64,000 nucleotides of DNA from contig CAVSJV010000003.1 in NCBI GenBank assembly GCA_963728405.1, positions 64,001 to 128,000 of the forward strand. The letters are read 5' to 3'. The position numbers and the translations under genes are program-made. The DNA comes from Methanomassiliicoccaceae archaeon (lineage in GTDB: Archaea; Thermoplasmatota; Thermoplasmata; Methanomassiliicoccales; Methanomassiliicoccaceae). How positions within the stretch are numbered: position 1 is the first letter of the stretch; each line of letters opens with the position of its first letter. Shown here piece after piece: positions 29,225 through 39,930 of the stretch. Under the pieces are notes generated by a model. That model was not told where the DNA came from. It made no database searches and was given only the letters and a program-made list of their open reading frames with translations.

Positions 29225-30085
29225 ATGCAAGGCAGAACTAAACATATCCGGGCGGTGGAGCTGGTGCGCCGGGCCGAGCCCACCCTGGAAGGCGCCGGGG
29301 TCCGGTTGGTGCGGGCCTTCGGTTACGAAGAGGCCTCCAGGCTTGACCCGTTCCTGATGCTCGATGACTTCCATTCCGATAATCCCGCGGACTACTCGGC
29401 CGGGTTCCCTTCCCACCCTCACCGAGGCATGGAAACGGTCACCTACATGATCAGCGGGGCCTCTGAGCACGCCGACAACATGGGCCACCACGGCCGCATC
29501 GGGCCGGGGGAGGTGCAATGGATGACCGCCGGGAGTGGGATAATCCACGAGGAGATGCCCCGGTCAACGGGCGGCCGTCTCCAGGGTTTTCAGTTGTGGG
29601 TCAACCTACCCGCGGCGCACAAGATGATGGCCCCGCGCTATCAGGACATCAGGAAGGAGATGATCCCTTCCCTTAATCCGATCAATGGGGTCGAGATCAG
29701 GGTCATCGCAGGAAGGGTCGGCGAAGCACAGGGACCTGTCCGCGACCTCGTCGTGCCGGTCGAGCTCCTGGACGTCAAGATGGGGCCGAACAGCCTGTTC
29801 GAGCATATCATTCCCCCCGACCGGACCGCTTTCGCTTACAGCTTCGAGGGCGAGGCCTCCTTTGGCGACGAACGCTGGCGGGCCGGGGAGGAGCACCTGG
29901 TCATACTCGGAGAAGGCGATACTGTAGTGGTACGGACCGAGGTTGACGGCGCCAGGTTCCTGCTCGCGTCCGGAAAGCCCCTGCGCGAACCGATCGCCTG
30001 GCGGGGGCCGGTGGTCATGAACTCGGACGAGGAGCTCAAGCAGGCCTTCATCGAGATCAGGGAGGGCACTTTCGTCAAGAAGTGA
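29225..30085 (+). CDS. Pirin family protein
   Basis: DPFLMLD, HPHRGMETVTY, QWMTAGSGIIHEEMP, QLWVNLP. Confidence 0.96.
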   Translation: MQGRTKHIRAVELVRRAEPTLEGAGVRLVRAFGYEEASRLDPFLMLDDFHSDNPADYSAGFPSHPHRGMETVTYMISGASEHADNMGHHGRIGPGEVQWMTAGSGIIHEEMPRSTGGRLQGFQLWVNLPAAHKMMAPRYQDIRKEMIPSLNPINGVEIRVIAGRVGEAQGPVRDLVVPVELLDVKMGPNSLFEHIIPPDRTAFAYSFEGEASFGDERWRAGEEHLVILGEGDTVVVRTEVDGARFLLASGKPLREPIAWRGPVVMNSDEELKQAFIEIREGTFVKK

Positions 30086-30142
30086 GCTTTACATTCCGAC
30101 ATCATCTATTTGACATCGCTGAGAAGATATGAACTAGATAAG

Positions 30143-30604
30143 ATGACCAAGACGCTCAAGGTAGGGACGAAGGCCCCGGTGTTCACATTGCCGGACCAGA
30201 ACGGGAAGCTGGTGGATGCCGGAGCATTGGTGGGGAAGAAGGCCCTGGTCGTTTACTTCTACCCAAAGGATTTCACCTCCGGCTGCACCATGGAGGCCCA
30301 TGAGTTCCGGGAGATGCATGAGGAGTTCCTGAAGAATGGGGCCGAGGTCATTGGGATATCCTCGGACGACGTCGAGACCCACAAGCGGTTTGTCGAGGAG
30401 CACCAGCTCCCGTTCACCTTGCTGAGCGATGGGGACGGGAAGGTCCGGGACATGTACGGCGCCTGGGGGATAGGACATACGCCCGGCCGGGTCACCTTCC
30501 TCATCGACAAACAAGGCATCATCCGCATGGTGTTCTCATCCCAGATCCAGCCGAAGAAGCATATTTCCGAGGCGCTGCGGGTGCTCTCGGAGATCACGGG
30601 TTGA
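30143..30604 (+). CDS. bcp: Peroxiredoxin, BCP type
   Basis: YFYPKDFTSGCTMEA, GRVTFLID. Confidence 0.92.
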   Translation: MTKTLKVGTKAPVFTLPDQNGKLVDAGALVGKKALVVYFYPKDFTSGCTMEAHEFREMHEEFLKNGAEVIGISSDDVETHKRFVEEHQLPFTLLSDGDGKVRDMYGAWGIGHTPGRVTFLIDKQGIIRMVFSSQIQPKKHISEALRVLSEITG

Positions 30605-30714
30605 ACTGCTTCGACTGAGCTCTTGAAGATGAATGAATTCACCACCAAACCCCTTTTCTTTTTTATATGGCGACACACACTGTGCTCTTCCCTTGACCGA
30701 GCCCTCCCCTCAGT

Positions 30715-31453
30715 TCATTTCCCATTGGCCGGAGGAAACTGGATCAAAGATGGCTTCCGGCAATCGTATGGATCGCACTTATCTTTGATCCGGCTGGGGA
30801 AGATGTAGCAGAAGGTCCACGCGCCGGTCACCGCTCCTAGCAGCTCGGCGATGATAAAGAACACCGCGCTGCCAGGAGCGATCCCGCATACAGCGTAGGT
30901 GAACATGCGATAGAATGTGACCATGGGATTGGCGAACATGGTGCTAGAAGTGGTGATGAGCAGACCGCCCACCAGGAACGCCACGCCTAGCGAGGTATTC
31001 TTGGACCCACCTCTCACGCAGCCGATGATGACCCCGACCAGCATGAAGGTGCCAACGAACTCGGCGAAGAACAACCCCGGCCCCTTAACTAGATCGGAGA
31101 CGACGATCACCTTCTGGATAGTATCATAGAACATCATGTGGGCAGTGAGCAGGCCAAGGAAGCCGCCGGCGAACTGCGCCCCCATGTAATATGCTGCCAC
31201 CCGGGGATTGATGTCCCGAGTGGATAATAGGGCCAGGGTAACGGCTGGATTGAAGTGCGCGCCGGATATGGAGGCAAATGTCTCGATGAGCGCAAAGAGG
31301 ACGAACGCGACCGCCAGGGCATTGATCAGGATGGTCAGGGGAAGGCCCCCGTTCAGCACAGTTGTAGGGCAGTATCGTCGAGGCGATGGCCACGACCACT
31401 AGGAACAATGAACCGATGAATTCTGCCAGCAGGTTCTGCTTCAGCGTTGGCAA
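30715..31453 (-). CDS. MIP/aquaporin family channel; apparent +1 frameshift at ~31360
   Basis: AEFIGS, SGAHFNPAVT, second motif FANPMVT. Confidence 0.85.
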
Positions 31454-31539
31454 CGTTCTCCCCTCGTCAGGGAGGCCACTGTATTATGATTATTAATTAT
31501 TGATTCACCACTCAAATATTAGAGTGATGCCAGCAGCCA

Positions 31540-33315
31540 TCAGCGGAGCGACTCCAGTTGGTCAAGGAATTCCTTTACTTGGTCCATCCCTTTCTGCCAG
31601 AACTCATCCTCGGTGATATCGAAACCCATCTCGGAGGCTAGCTGGGCCGCCGAGCGGCTGGAGCCGGCCGCCAGCAGGGCGTCGAACTTCGGACCGAAGG
31701 TCCTGCCCTGTTCCTTGTACAGGCGGTAGAGAGCGTACACGAACAGCTGCGCGAACACGTATGGATACTCGTAGAACCGGATCTCCGAGAAGTAGTGATG
31801 GGGGAACCGGGCCCAGTCCCACCTCGTCTCCGGCAGGAACTCCACCGAATCGCCGTACAACCGCTTCTGCGCGCCCATCCATAACTCGGAGACCGCGTTC
31901 CCGTCCAGATACTTGCCCTCCTCGACCGAACGGGCCACGTCCATCTCAAAGAAATAGCGGAACCCTTCCTGGTAGACGGTCTGGGAAAAGCTGTTAAGGA
32001 TCTTAACGAGGATCGCGCGCTTCTCTCCTAGGGTCGAGGCCTCGTTCAGCAGGCGTTCGGTGAGGAGAAGCTCGCCGAACAAGCTGCCGCACTCCGCCAC
32101 GCACAGGGAGACCTGACAGTTGCTGGGGTTCTGGGCCCGAGTATATAGATAGGCATGCACGGCATGGCCGAGCTCGTGAGCAAGGGTGAACATATCGTTG
32201 AGGCGGCCGTTGTAGGAGGACAGTATGTAGGCTGACCGCCCCTGGACCCAGGTATCGCAGAACGCGCCGGTCCGCTTGCCCTTGCGCAGCTCTCCGTCCA
32301 AGTGACGGCGGTCGAACATATCCCGGACCCACTCTCCATACTGGGGGTCGAAACCAGCGTAGGTGGAGATCAGGACCTCGCAGGCCTGATCCCAGGTCCA
32401 AGTCTCGTCCGGGGCATCGGGAAGCGGCGCCCTAAGGTCCCAGTTGCCGAGGGTCTCCAGACCTAGCAGTCCGGCCTTGAGACGGAAATAGCGCTGGACC
32501 AGGGAGGCATTGCTGTCCACCACCCTCATCAGGGCGGCAATGGCCTCCTCCTCGACATCATTGGCGATGAGGCTAGAGGTGAGAGGGGACGGATACTGGC
32601 GGAGCTTGCACATTTGGATATGGTCGGTCCAGATCGTCCTCAGTGCGTCGGCCCATAATAGTTGGTCCTCGCCCAGAGTTGTCCCCAAGGCGTGGTAGGC
32701 CGCTTTGCGGGTGGCCCGGTCGGGATCATAGATGAGGGGGACCATCTCACCCATGGTCAGGACCTTCTCCTCTCCTCGGACCAGCGGGCGGAACTGCCGG
32801 GTACTGAGCCACTTGCTCTGTAGCTTGGACCAAGCGGTGACCCCGGTCTGGTCCTTGGCCATGATGATCCGCTCCTCCGCCTCCGATAGCAGGTACGGGG
32901 CCACCCGAAGGTTCCGCTCCAGATAGTGGCTATAGTCGGCCAGCGCCGGGTCATCAACCAGTTCGGGCCGGGCGGCGAGCAACTTCCCCAGTTCGATCCC
33001 CAGGAAGGCCATGTGCTGGCCGGCCTCGGTGCTGGCGTTGGAATAGGCATTGTAAAGCGAATTGGCCACCGGGTCGCTCTGATCGGCGGCAAAGGACAGC
33101 GAGCAGTACATCGCCGCCCCCTCGTAGCGCAGGGAAAGGTCGTCCTTGGCCTTGAGCATCTCCATGAGCTGTTGTGAAGGGAGCCCCCCGACCTTGCCGC
33201 GGTAGCGCTGGGCAAACCGGGCGCTGTCCTCGACCATTGAAAAAAGCTGTGCCTTCACCCGCTCCGGGTCGGAGCTCTCAACGATCTGGGAAAGGTCCCA
33301 CTTCATGTCGGCCAT
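31540..33315 (-). CDS. M3 family oligoendopeptidase F
   Basis: WDLS, GKRTGAFC, TLAHELGHAVH, AECGS, FYEYPYVF. Confidence 0.93.
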   Translation of the reverse strand: MADMKWDLSQIVESSDPERVKAQLFSMVEDSARFAQRYRGKVGGLPSQQLMEMLKAKDDLSLRYEGAAMYCSLSFAADQSDPVANSLYNAYSNASTEAGQHMAFLGIELGKLLAARPELVDDPALADYSHYLERNLRVAPYLLSEAEERIIMAKDQTGVTAWSKLQSKWLSTRQFRPLVRGEEKVLTMGEMVPLIYDPDRATRKAAYHALGTTLGEDQLLWADALRTIWTDHIQMCKLRQYPSPLTSSLIANDVEEEAIAALMRVVDSNASLVQRYFRLKAGLLGLETLGNWDLRAPLPDAPDETWTWDQACEVLISTYAGFDPQYGEWVRDMFDRRHLDGELRKGKRTGAFCDTWVQGRSAYILSSYNGRLNDMFTLAHELGHAVHAYLYTRAQNPSNCQVSLCVAECGSLFGELLLTERLLNEASTLGEKRAILVKILNSFSQTVYQEGFRYFFEMDVARSVEEGKYLDGNAVSELWMGAQKRLYGDSVEFLPETRWDWARFPHHYFSEIRFYEYPYVFAQLFVYALYRLYKEQGRTFGPKFDALLAAGSSRSAAQLASEMGFDITEDEFWQKGMDQVKEFLDQLESLR

Positions 33316-33469
33316 ACTTTCTCCCGTCCTTCTGCCAGGATAGCCATGGGACGATATTTGTAGCTAAGGGCCTTGGAAATGGTGAGATAGTACGTGATAA
33401 CCATTGTCAATGGGGGGCACTTTTATGTAGGTTAGGTGCCTGCGCACGTCCCATCCAAGAGGGATAACA

Positions 33470-33880
33470 ATGGACGAAGCGACCGAGAAGGCCGTGGCTG
33501 AGAACATGGAAGCTCTAGCATTTGTGGACCGAGCCATACGCATGGACAAGGACCGGTTCCTGGATATCAGCAGGAAGGTCAACGAGCTCATCGAACTGTT
33601 GCAGGGGTCCGGAACGAACCCAGTGACCATATACTACCTCACCCGCGCTCTCGACCAGTATGCCTCCGACAAACTGTCCGGTTTCGGCCGGACGGTCGAG
33701 GAGAACCGACCGGAGGGCTCGGACCTCGGCCCCGAGAGCCTCAAGAAAGCATGCGACCAGCTGTTCGCCCTGGCCCTGGAGGACGCCGCCAAGATGTCCA
33801 AGGAGGATCAGCAGCGCCTGATGGAGGAGCACGCGGAATCGCAGAAGAAGAGCGCCAATGGCCTGGTCGGCTACGCCTGA
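33470..33880 (+). CDS. Hypothetical protein
   Basis: 136-aa ORF with host-like codon usage, purine-rich sequence before the ATG and a pyrimidine tract after the stop. Confidence 0.7.
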   Translation: MDEATEKAVAENMEALAFVDRAIRMDKDRFLDISRKVNELIELLQGSGTNPVTIYYLTRALDQYASDKLSGFGRTVEENRPEGSDLGPESLKKACDQLFALALEDAAKMSKEDQQRLMEEHAESQKKSANGLVGYA

Positions 33881-34108
33881 GCCGGCCCTCTCCCCTTTTC
33901 TTATCCCAAGAATATCATCCTCTTCACGTCTGGCCCGCTTAGTCAGACCTTCTTATTATCTCTAATGATATCTGGGAACGAGCGGTTATGAACCCCGTTC
34001 CCGGTGGTGCTCGCAGCATGAACTGTCACCATAATGCTCTGGTCAAAGCAGGACCGCTCTGCGCACCTCGAACACTAGGCACCAACCACATAATCCGGAG
34101 GGGATAGG

Positions 34109-34545
34109 ATGGGCATCTTTTCCGGCATCAGTGAGGGGGTGGTCGCCTCCATACTTTGCGGGCACTTCAAGAAGTACGCGGGACCGGATTGCGCCGACCT
34201 CCGTTTGGCCATCGGTCAGAACATCGACCTCTATCAACTATGGGTCGATAATGCCCGCGCCGAGGGCATTCGAGGCCCCCGGGAAGTTAGGTCCTGGGCC
34301 CGCATGTTCCCGAAGGTCCAGAACTTGATGACTCCCAAGAACATGTCAAGCGGTGGCTCCGGGAGCAGGGGCTGGGGAACATCGCCCGCACGGTGGAGGC
34401 CACCGAGGGCGGCGAGCAGTGGCTGGAATGGCAGTTGGGCCGCTTCCGGACCGGGCTGTGGGGTAATGAGGCCCCTGTGAAGCGCTCAAGACCGTCCGAA
34501 GAGCCTATCGATCCACTTCGACCCTCCTCTGGGCGGGCCAATTGA
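34109..34545 (+). CDS. Hypothetical protein; frameshift at ~34343
   Basis: GGAGG SD; the reading continues as VKRWLREQGLGNIARTVEATEGGEQWLEWQ in another frame. Confidence 0.6.
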
Positions 34546-34548
34546 GCC

Positions 34549-35301
34549 CTAAGCTACTTCCTTTTCCCGGAACGCCAACGCGCCCAGCCCCAACATCACG
34601 GCGGTCACCGCCATCAGGACGAGGGCAGCTACCCCGGCGTCCCCGGTGACGGCGGATATGTTCCCGTGATCGATCAGGGACGAGGCGATCACCGCTAGCT
34701 GATGCTTGATCGTATATTCGCCGATCGCTCCGGGAAGCGACCCGACAAAACCCTCCCAGATGAAGACATAGAACAGCCCCAGATAGATGGGTTGCTTGAG
34801 GGCCACACCCATCACCAGGAACAGGGAGGAGTACACTATGCTGCCCAGTACCAGTACCACGGAATAGGAGAGGAGGATGCTCGTCGCGTCCCCGTCCACG
34901 CCGGTCGGCAGGAAAAAGCTGGACCAACCCACCAGGTTGATGATGAGCAGCATCACTGAGAGCACCCCGATCAACGAGAGGTAGTAGCCGATGTAGGCGA
35001 CCCGGCGGTCGATCGGCGAGGTGATCACCTGGGTGATGCTCCGGTCATCGATCTCGTTGCGGATCATGGATGCCCCGTAGATCATGGCCAGGATTGGCAG
35101 GAGGAAGGTGAGGACCAGCAAGTTCAGCAGGTCATAGCCCATCACCAGCCGGTCTCCCGGCTGGGTGGCCGCAAAGCCCATGGCCACTCCCACCAGGGCG
35201 GCCAGCAGGGCCACCACCATCCACCGGCGATGCAACAGGAGCTTTTTGGTGGAGAACCGGACCATCGACCGCAGCTGTATCATGTTCATGGACGCGTCCA
35301 C
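34549..35301 (-). CDS. ABC-2 type exporter permease
   Basis: About six TM segments; EIDDRSITQVITSP. Confidence 0.85.
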   Translation of the reverse strand: MDASMNMIQLRSMVRFSTKKLLLHRRWMVVALLAALVGVAMGFAATQPGDRLVMGYDLLNLLVLTFLLPILAMIYGASMIRNEIDDRSITQVITSPIDRRVAYIGYYLSLIGVLSVMLLIINLVGWSSFFLPTGVDGDATSILLSYSVVLVLGSIVYSSLFLVMGVALKQPIYLGLFYVFIWEGFVGSLPGAIGEYTIKHQLAVIASSLIDHGNISAVTGDAGVAALVLMAVTAVMLGLGALAFREKEVA

Positions 35302-35302
35302 T

Positions 35303-36235
35303 TTACCACCTCACCAGGTATCGAAAGACCGACTCAAGATCGTCATCGGTGGAGTGCATGCTCTCCAGTTCGGCTCCCGACCCGCTCACCAGGTCGGGGA
35401 TCGCATCGAAGAACGCATCCGGTCGGTTCACCTTGACGGTGAGGCCTCGGCGGTCATCCCGCAGCTCCACTGACACGGTGAAGTCGCGGTCGATCAATCG
35501 TTTGGCCAGTTCGTTCATGCCCCGCCCCTCCAGCAAGATGTTGTGAGGGTAGCTACTCATCAGCCCCCGGATCTCCTGGATGTCCCCGGTGGCCACCGCG
35601 CGTCCCTTGTAGATGAGGGCGACGTTGTGGGTCAGCCTCTCCACCTCATGCAGGACATGCGAGGACACTATGATATCGTGGCCGTGCTCACGATGCAGAC
35701 CTTTCACCAGGTCCATTAGCTCCCGCCGTACCGCTGGATCGGTCCCCGTGAACGGCTCATCGAGCAGCAGAAGCGGGGGATCGTGGACGAGCGAACCACC
35801 GATCTTGATGCGCTGCTTCATCCCCTTGCTGTAGCCGCCCATGCGCCGGTCGGCGTTGGTGGTCATCTCAACCAGGCGAAGGATGGTGTCGACCCGCCCG
35901 TCCCGGGCCAGGCCGCTCATCCCGTGGAGTCCAGCGGTGAACCGGAGGTAGTCCCTTCCGGTCAGGTCCAACGGCAGAAAATCATAGTCCGGGCAGAAGC
36001 CGATCTGACGAAGCTGGGCGGAGTTCTTCCAAGGCCTCTCCCCCAGCACGGTAAGTTCGCCCACATTGGCCTTGATCGTCCCGGTGACCAGTTTAAAGAA
36101 GGTGCTCTTGCCGGCGCCATTGGGACCGACGATACCGGTCATGCCCTTGGGTACGTCCATGGTAAAGTTGTTGAGGCCGATGACCCCGCCGTACCACTTG
36201 GACAGGCCCTGGGCGGAGATGATGGGGGCGCTCAC
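35303..36235 (-). CDS. ABC transporter ATP-binding protein
   Basis: GPNGAGKST, YSKGMKQR, LLLDEP, SSH. Confidence 0.95.
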   Translation of the reverse strand: MSAPIISAQGLSKWYGGVIGLNNFTMDVPKGMTGIVGPNGAGKSTFFKLVTGTIKANVGELTVLGERPWKNSAQLRQIGFCPDYDFLPLDLTGRDYLRFTAGLHGMSGLARDGRVDTILRLVEMTTNADRRMGGYSKGMKQRIKIGGSLVHDPPLLLLDEPFTGTDPAVRRELMDLVKGLHREHGHDIIVSSHVLHEVERLTHNVALIYKGRAVATGDIQEIRGLMSSYPHNILLEGRGMNELAKRLIDRDFTVSVELRDDRRGLTVKVNRPDAFFDAIPDLVSGSGAELESMHSTDDDLESVFRYLVRW

Positions 36236-37054
36236 TTGCCCACCCCCTTGCTAAATATCCGCCAGTAGGCGATCAGCAGGGGCGGGACGGTCAACATCAC
36301 GGCCATGAGCAAGAGGAGCACTGGATCGATGGCGGACGACAGCGTTCGCCCGAACATGACATCGTAGGAGGCTACCAGCACGGTACGGGGGGCCAGCACC
36401 TGCCAGCTCGGATCGAACCGGGAGAAGATGCTCCCCAGGATCTCCAAGAGAAAGAATGTCATGAAGGTGCCCACCGCGGCGTAGGTCTTCCGGGCTGGTC
36501 AACGAGGAGAGCATTAGTCCTACCGGAAGTAGGAATAGCATGGTCCAGGCTCCTGCTAGAACGGTCTGCCCGACGACCACGGTGCTGGAAAGATAGTCGT
36601 CCCCGGACTGAGTGACCAGGACCGCCAGCGCCAGTGCCATGGGCATGAACAGAGTGAAGATGGACAGGACCATCAATGCTCCCAGGGCCTTCCCCAGAAG
36701 ATAGTCGTCCGCCCGCAGGGCGCGAGAAAGATAGAGGACCAGGGAGTTGGCTCGGAGGTCCTCTGCTATCAGGTCCGAGCAGACCATGGACACCAGGATC
36801 AAGGCGAAGATGTAGAAGAGCACCCCCCCGAACTGGTCGAGCATCATCCCGGCGGTCAGGGAGAGGTGGGGCATTGTAGACAGGAAGAGCATGGAGAGAC
36901 CATGCACCAAGAACGTCCCTAAGACCAGTATGCCGATGAACCAGGTCGAGCTCAGCTTTTCATGGAACACCTGGTTGGCGATGGTCAGGAACCGTTGCCC
37001 ATGCTCGCTCCTAGAGCCCTTCCAGGACCCATACTGTATAGGGGTAAGGCCCAT
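36232..37054 (-). CDS. ABC-2 type exporter permease; apparent +1 frameshift at ~36493
   Basis: DLIAEDLRANSLVLYLSRAL; continues RKTYAAVGTFMTFF after removing one base. Confidence 0.8.
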
Positions 37055-38001
37055 CAGACCGCCTCCTTCACCGCGCTTATGAAATAGTCCTCCAGGGTCA
37101 TCCGGTCGGGCAGGTAGGAGCGGACCTGGACCCCTTCTTTCTTGGCCAGTTCGAATAGCGGTCCGCTTCCGTGCTTGCTGACCAGGACCACCATCATCTG
37201 GCCGAACTCCTCCGAGACCGAGATGATCTCGTGGTCCTGCCCCAAGTGTTCGATGAAGGCCTTGAGCCGTTCGGCGGCCCCTCGGACCTGCACTTTCTTC
37301 CGGTCCACCTCCTTGGCCAGCAGGTGCTCGATGCTCCCTTGGGCCACTGCCCGCCCGCCGGTCACGATGACCACGTTCCGACACACCTTCTCCACGTCCT
37401 GGAGGATGTGCGAGGATACCAGGATGGTCTTCTCCGAAGCGGCGATGCGGGCGATGAGGTCCAGCATCTCCTCTCGTCCCAGCGGGTCCATGCCGTTGGT
37501 CGGCTCGTCGAGGAACAGTATGTCGGGATCATGGACGATGGCCTGGGCCAGCTTGATCCGCTGCTTCATCCCCGTCGAGTAGGTTCTAATGGGTCGGTAC
37601 CTTTCCTCTCCTATCCCAACAAAGTCCAGCATCTCGTGGCTGCGAGGGATGGCGTCGCTCTTGGACATGCCCGAGAGCCGGCCCATGTACGAGACCAGCT
37701 CGATGCCGGTCGTGGCGTCGATGAGGCAATCGTGCTCGGGCATGTACCCGATGCGATCTCGTATGGCCATCATCGAACCCCGGGAGTCCAGGCCGGAAAC
37801 GGTCATCTGGCCGCTCAATGGCTCTACGAGGCCGAGCACGGCCTTGATGAATGTGCTCTTTCCCGCCCCGTTGGGGCCGAGCAGACCGACGATACCCCGG
37901 GAGATGTCGATGGAGAAATGGTCCAACGCAGTGATCTGGCCATAGCGCACGACCACATCCTGGGCGATGATACGTCCGGTACGATCCGACCCGTTTTCCA
38001 T
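37054..38001 (-). CDS. ABC transporter ATP-binding protein
   Basis: GPNGAGKST, YSTGMKQR, LFLDEPT, SSH. Confidence 0.95.
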   Translation of the reverse strand: MENGSDRTGRIIAQDVVVRYGQITALDHFSIDISRGIVGLLGPNGAGKSTFIKAVLGLVEPLSGQMTVSGLDSRGSMMAIRDRIGYMPEHDCLIDATTGIELVSYMGRLSGMSKSDAIPRSHEMLDFVGIGEERYRPIRTYSTGMKQRIKLAQAIVHDPDILFLDEPTNGMDPLGREEMLDLIARIAASEKTILVSSHILQDVEKVCRNVVIVTGGRAVAQGSIEHLLAKEVDRKKVQVRGAAERLKAFIEHLGQDHEIISVSEEFGQMMVVLVSKHGSGPLFELAKKEGVQVRSYLPDRMTLEDYFISAVKEAV

Positions 38002-38112
38002 CGCTGGATGGGACTTTCCCACTTCCTGGCATTCCCCGGTCATCCATCGGGAATGGCTGTTGGAATACTTATAGCGACAGAAAGAAAGATCTATTACCGA
38101 CCTCGAGGGAGG

Positions 38113-38545
38113 TCAACCGCTCGAGGGTCCGGTGGATTGCGGCATTTCTATCGAAGAGAGTTGATGATCGGGTTCGTCCGGGCCGTAAGAGACATGGGGA
38201 CGTCGTTTGAACCGCTTGAACAGCGTCAGAACTGGTTTCCCCAGCACCGCGGCGAACACCACATTGCCGATGATGTGCAATACGCCAAAGGTATGCCGGC
38301 CACGAAAGAGGGAACGAACGGGTTGGGATCGCTGCGATAGAAAGTGATCCAGCTGCTGAAATCCATCAGGGCGTTGTACGCCTGTCCGAGGACCACGCAA
38401 AGCATGATGATATGCGTCACCGTGATCTCGCCCTTGATCTTCTTCCCACGTGGCCTGCGATTATGTCCACCATGGCCCACGCGACCATGCCCTAGGCCGT
38501 CCATGACCCCCGATCGAAGAACAGGTTGGACACCGCCGCGGTCAT
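38113..38545 (-). pseudogene. Degraded ECF transporter S-component
   Basis: AVSNLFFDRGSWTA*GMVAWAM resembles the VSNFFFGQGPWTPWQM motif; HIIGNVVF...KRFKRR tail; two frameshifts, an internal stop and a missing 5' part. Confidence 0.65.
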
Positions 38546-38604
38546 CGGGCAGATGAGGGCGTTCCACGCCCTCCTACGCCCCATTCGGTCGTCTGCCCGC
38601 CCGT

Positions 38605-39762
38605 TCAACGCTCATCGATGGGGACGTAGACGCAATCGATTTCCCCGACGTAGGTGCTGGAGGGACGATATATCGCCGGCTTGACCGGGGCCTTGGGGAA
38701 CTTCTCCTCGAGTACATGCGCACACCATCCGGCCGAGCGGGACATGGCGAACACTGGTGGAAAGAAGTCGTGGTGGATGCCCATGGCATGGTAGATCGAT
38801 GCGCTATAAAGGTCGACGTTAGGGTAGATATCCTTTCCCTTGTTCTTCCTAAACAGGTCCTGGGTGGTAATGGCCATCCGCTCGGTCATCTCGTACCATC
38901 GATATTCGGGATGGTCCTTCAATATCGTCTGGGCCATTATCTGGAGGATTCTGGCCCGGGGATCCACGGTCTTATAGACTGCATGCCCCATGCCCGAGAC
39001 CCTCTTCCCATGCTTCAGCTGCTCCTCTACCCACGCCTCCACGCTCTCCGGGTCGTTAGTGTCGATGAGGTTTCGCATAACCTGGGCGTTGGCCCCGCCA
39101 TGCAATGGTCCTGATAGAGCGCCGATACCGGCGGACACCGCCGAATACATGTCGGCCCGGGTCGAGGCCACCACCCGGGCAGCGAAGGTCGAGGCGTTGA
39201 AGGTGTGGTCGGCGTGAATGATCATGGCCACGTCCATGAACCGGGCGATCTCCTCGGCCGGCTCCTTTCCCTTGAGCATCCAAAGGAAGTTGGCGGCGTG
39301 GGAGAGATCCATGTTCGGTTCGACCGAACCCTGGTTGTTCTTCAACCGCTTCCAGGCGGCCACGATGGATGGCATGGCGGCGATGATCCGCATGGCTTTG
39401 TTCTCGTTCGCTTCCTTTGATTCTTCCTCTCGCTCCGGATCATAACCGGACAGTAGGGCAACACCAGCCTGCAGGACCGCCATCGGCGGCGTTTCCAAGG
39501 GAAGCATATCCAAGGAGGCGACCAATCCGCTCGGCAGTCCGCGATTGGATGCCAGCTCCTTCGAGAACTCCCTCAGCTGGTTCTGTTTCGGCAATCTCCC
39601 CCTAACGAGCAGATAGGCGACCTCTTCAAAATTCGATTCACGGGCCAGATCCTCGATGCAGTAGCCTCGGTACTGAAGCTTGCCGGCCTCCCCGTCCACC
39701 ATACTAATGCGGGTCGTAGCTGCCTTAATGCCCCTTAACCCGCTGTCCTCACGATTCGCCAT
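38605..39762 (-). CDS. Citrate synthase / 2-methylcitrate synthase family
   Basis: LQYRGY, HADHTFNASTFAAR, GPLHGGAN, GMGHAVYK, PNVDLYS. Confidence 0.93.
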   Translation of the reverse strand: MANREDSGLRGIKAATTRISMVDGEAGKLQYRGYCIEDLARESNFEEVAYLLVRGRLPKQNQLREFSKELASNRGLPSGLVASLDMLPLETPPMAVLQAGVALLSGYDPEREEESKEANENKAMRIIAAMPSIVAAWKRLKNNQGSVEPNMDLSHAANFLWMLKGKEPAEEIARFMDVAMIIHADHTFNASTFAARVVASTRADMYSAVSAGIGALSGPLHGGANAQVMRNLIDTNDPESVEAWVEEQLKHGKRVSGMGHAVYKTVDPRARILQIMAQTILKDHPEYRWYEMTERMAITTQDLFRKNKGKDIYPNVDLYSASIYHAMGIHHDFFPPVFAMSRSAGWCAHVLEEKFPKAPVKPAIYRPSSTYVGEIDCVYVPIDER

Positions 39763-39930
39763 CAAGCAAGGTAAATGGTTTCTATTATTTTTCTTAAACT
39801 GTTAGATTATGGTCGCATCACAGCAAAGGTGTTGGAAAATCAGCGTCCCGTCCGGAGCTATGCTTATTTCTAGATACATCTAAACACCGCTCGCGTCACC
39901 TGCGTGATCGCCGTCGGAACAAAAGGGAGG

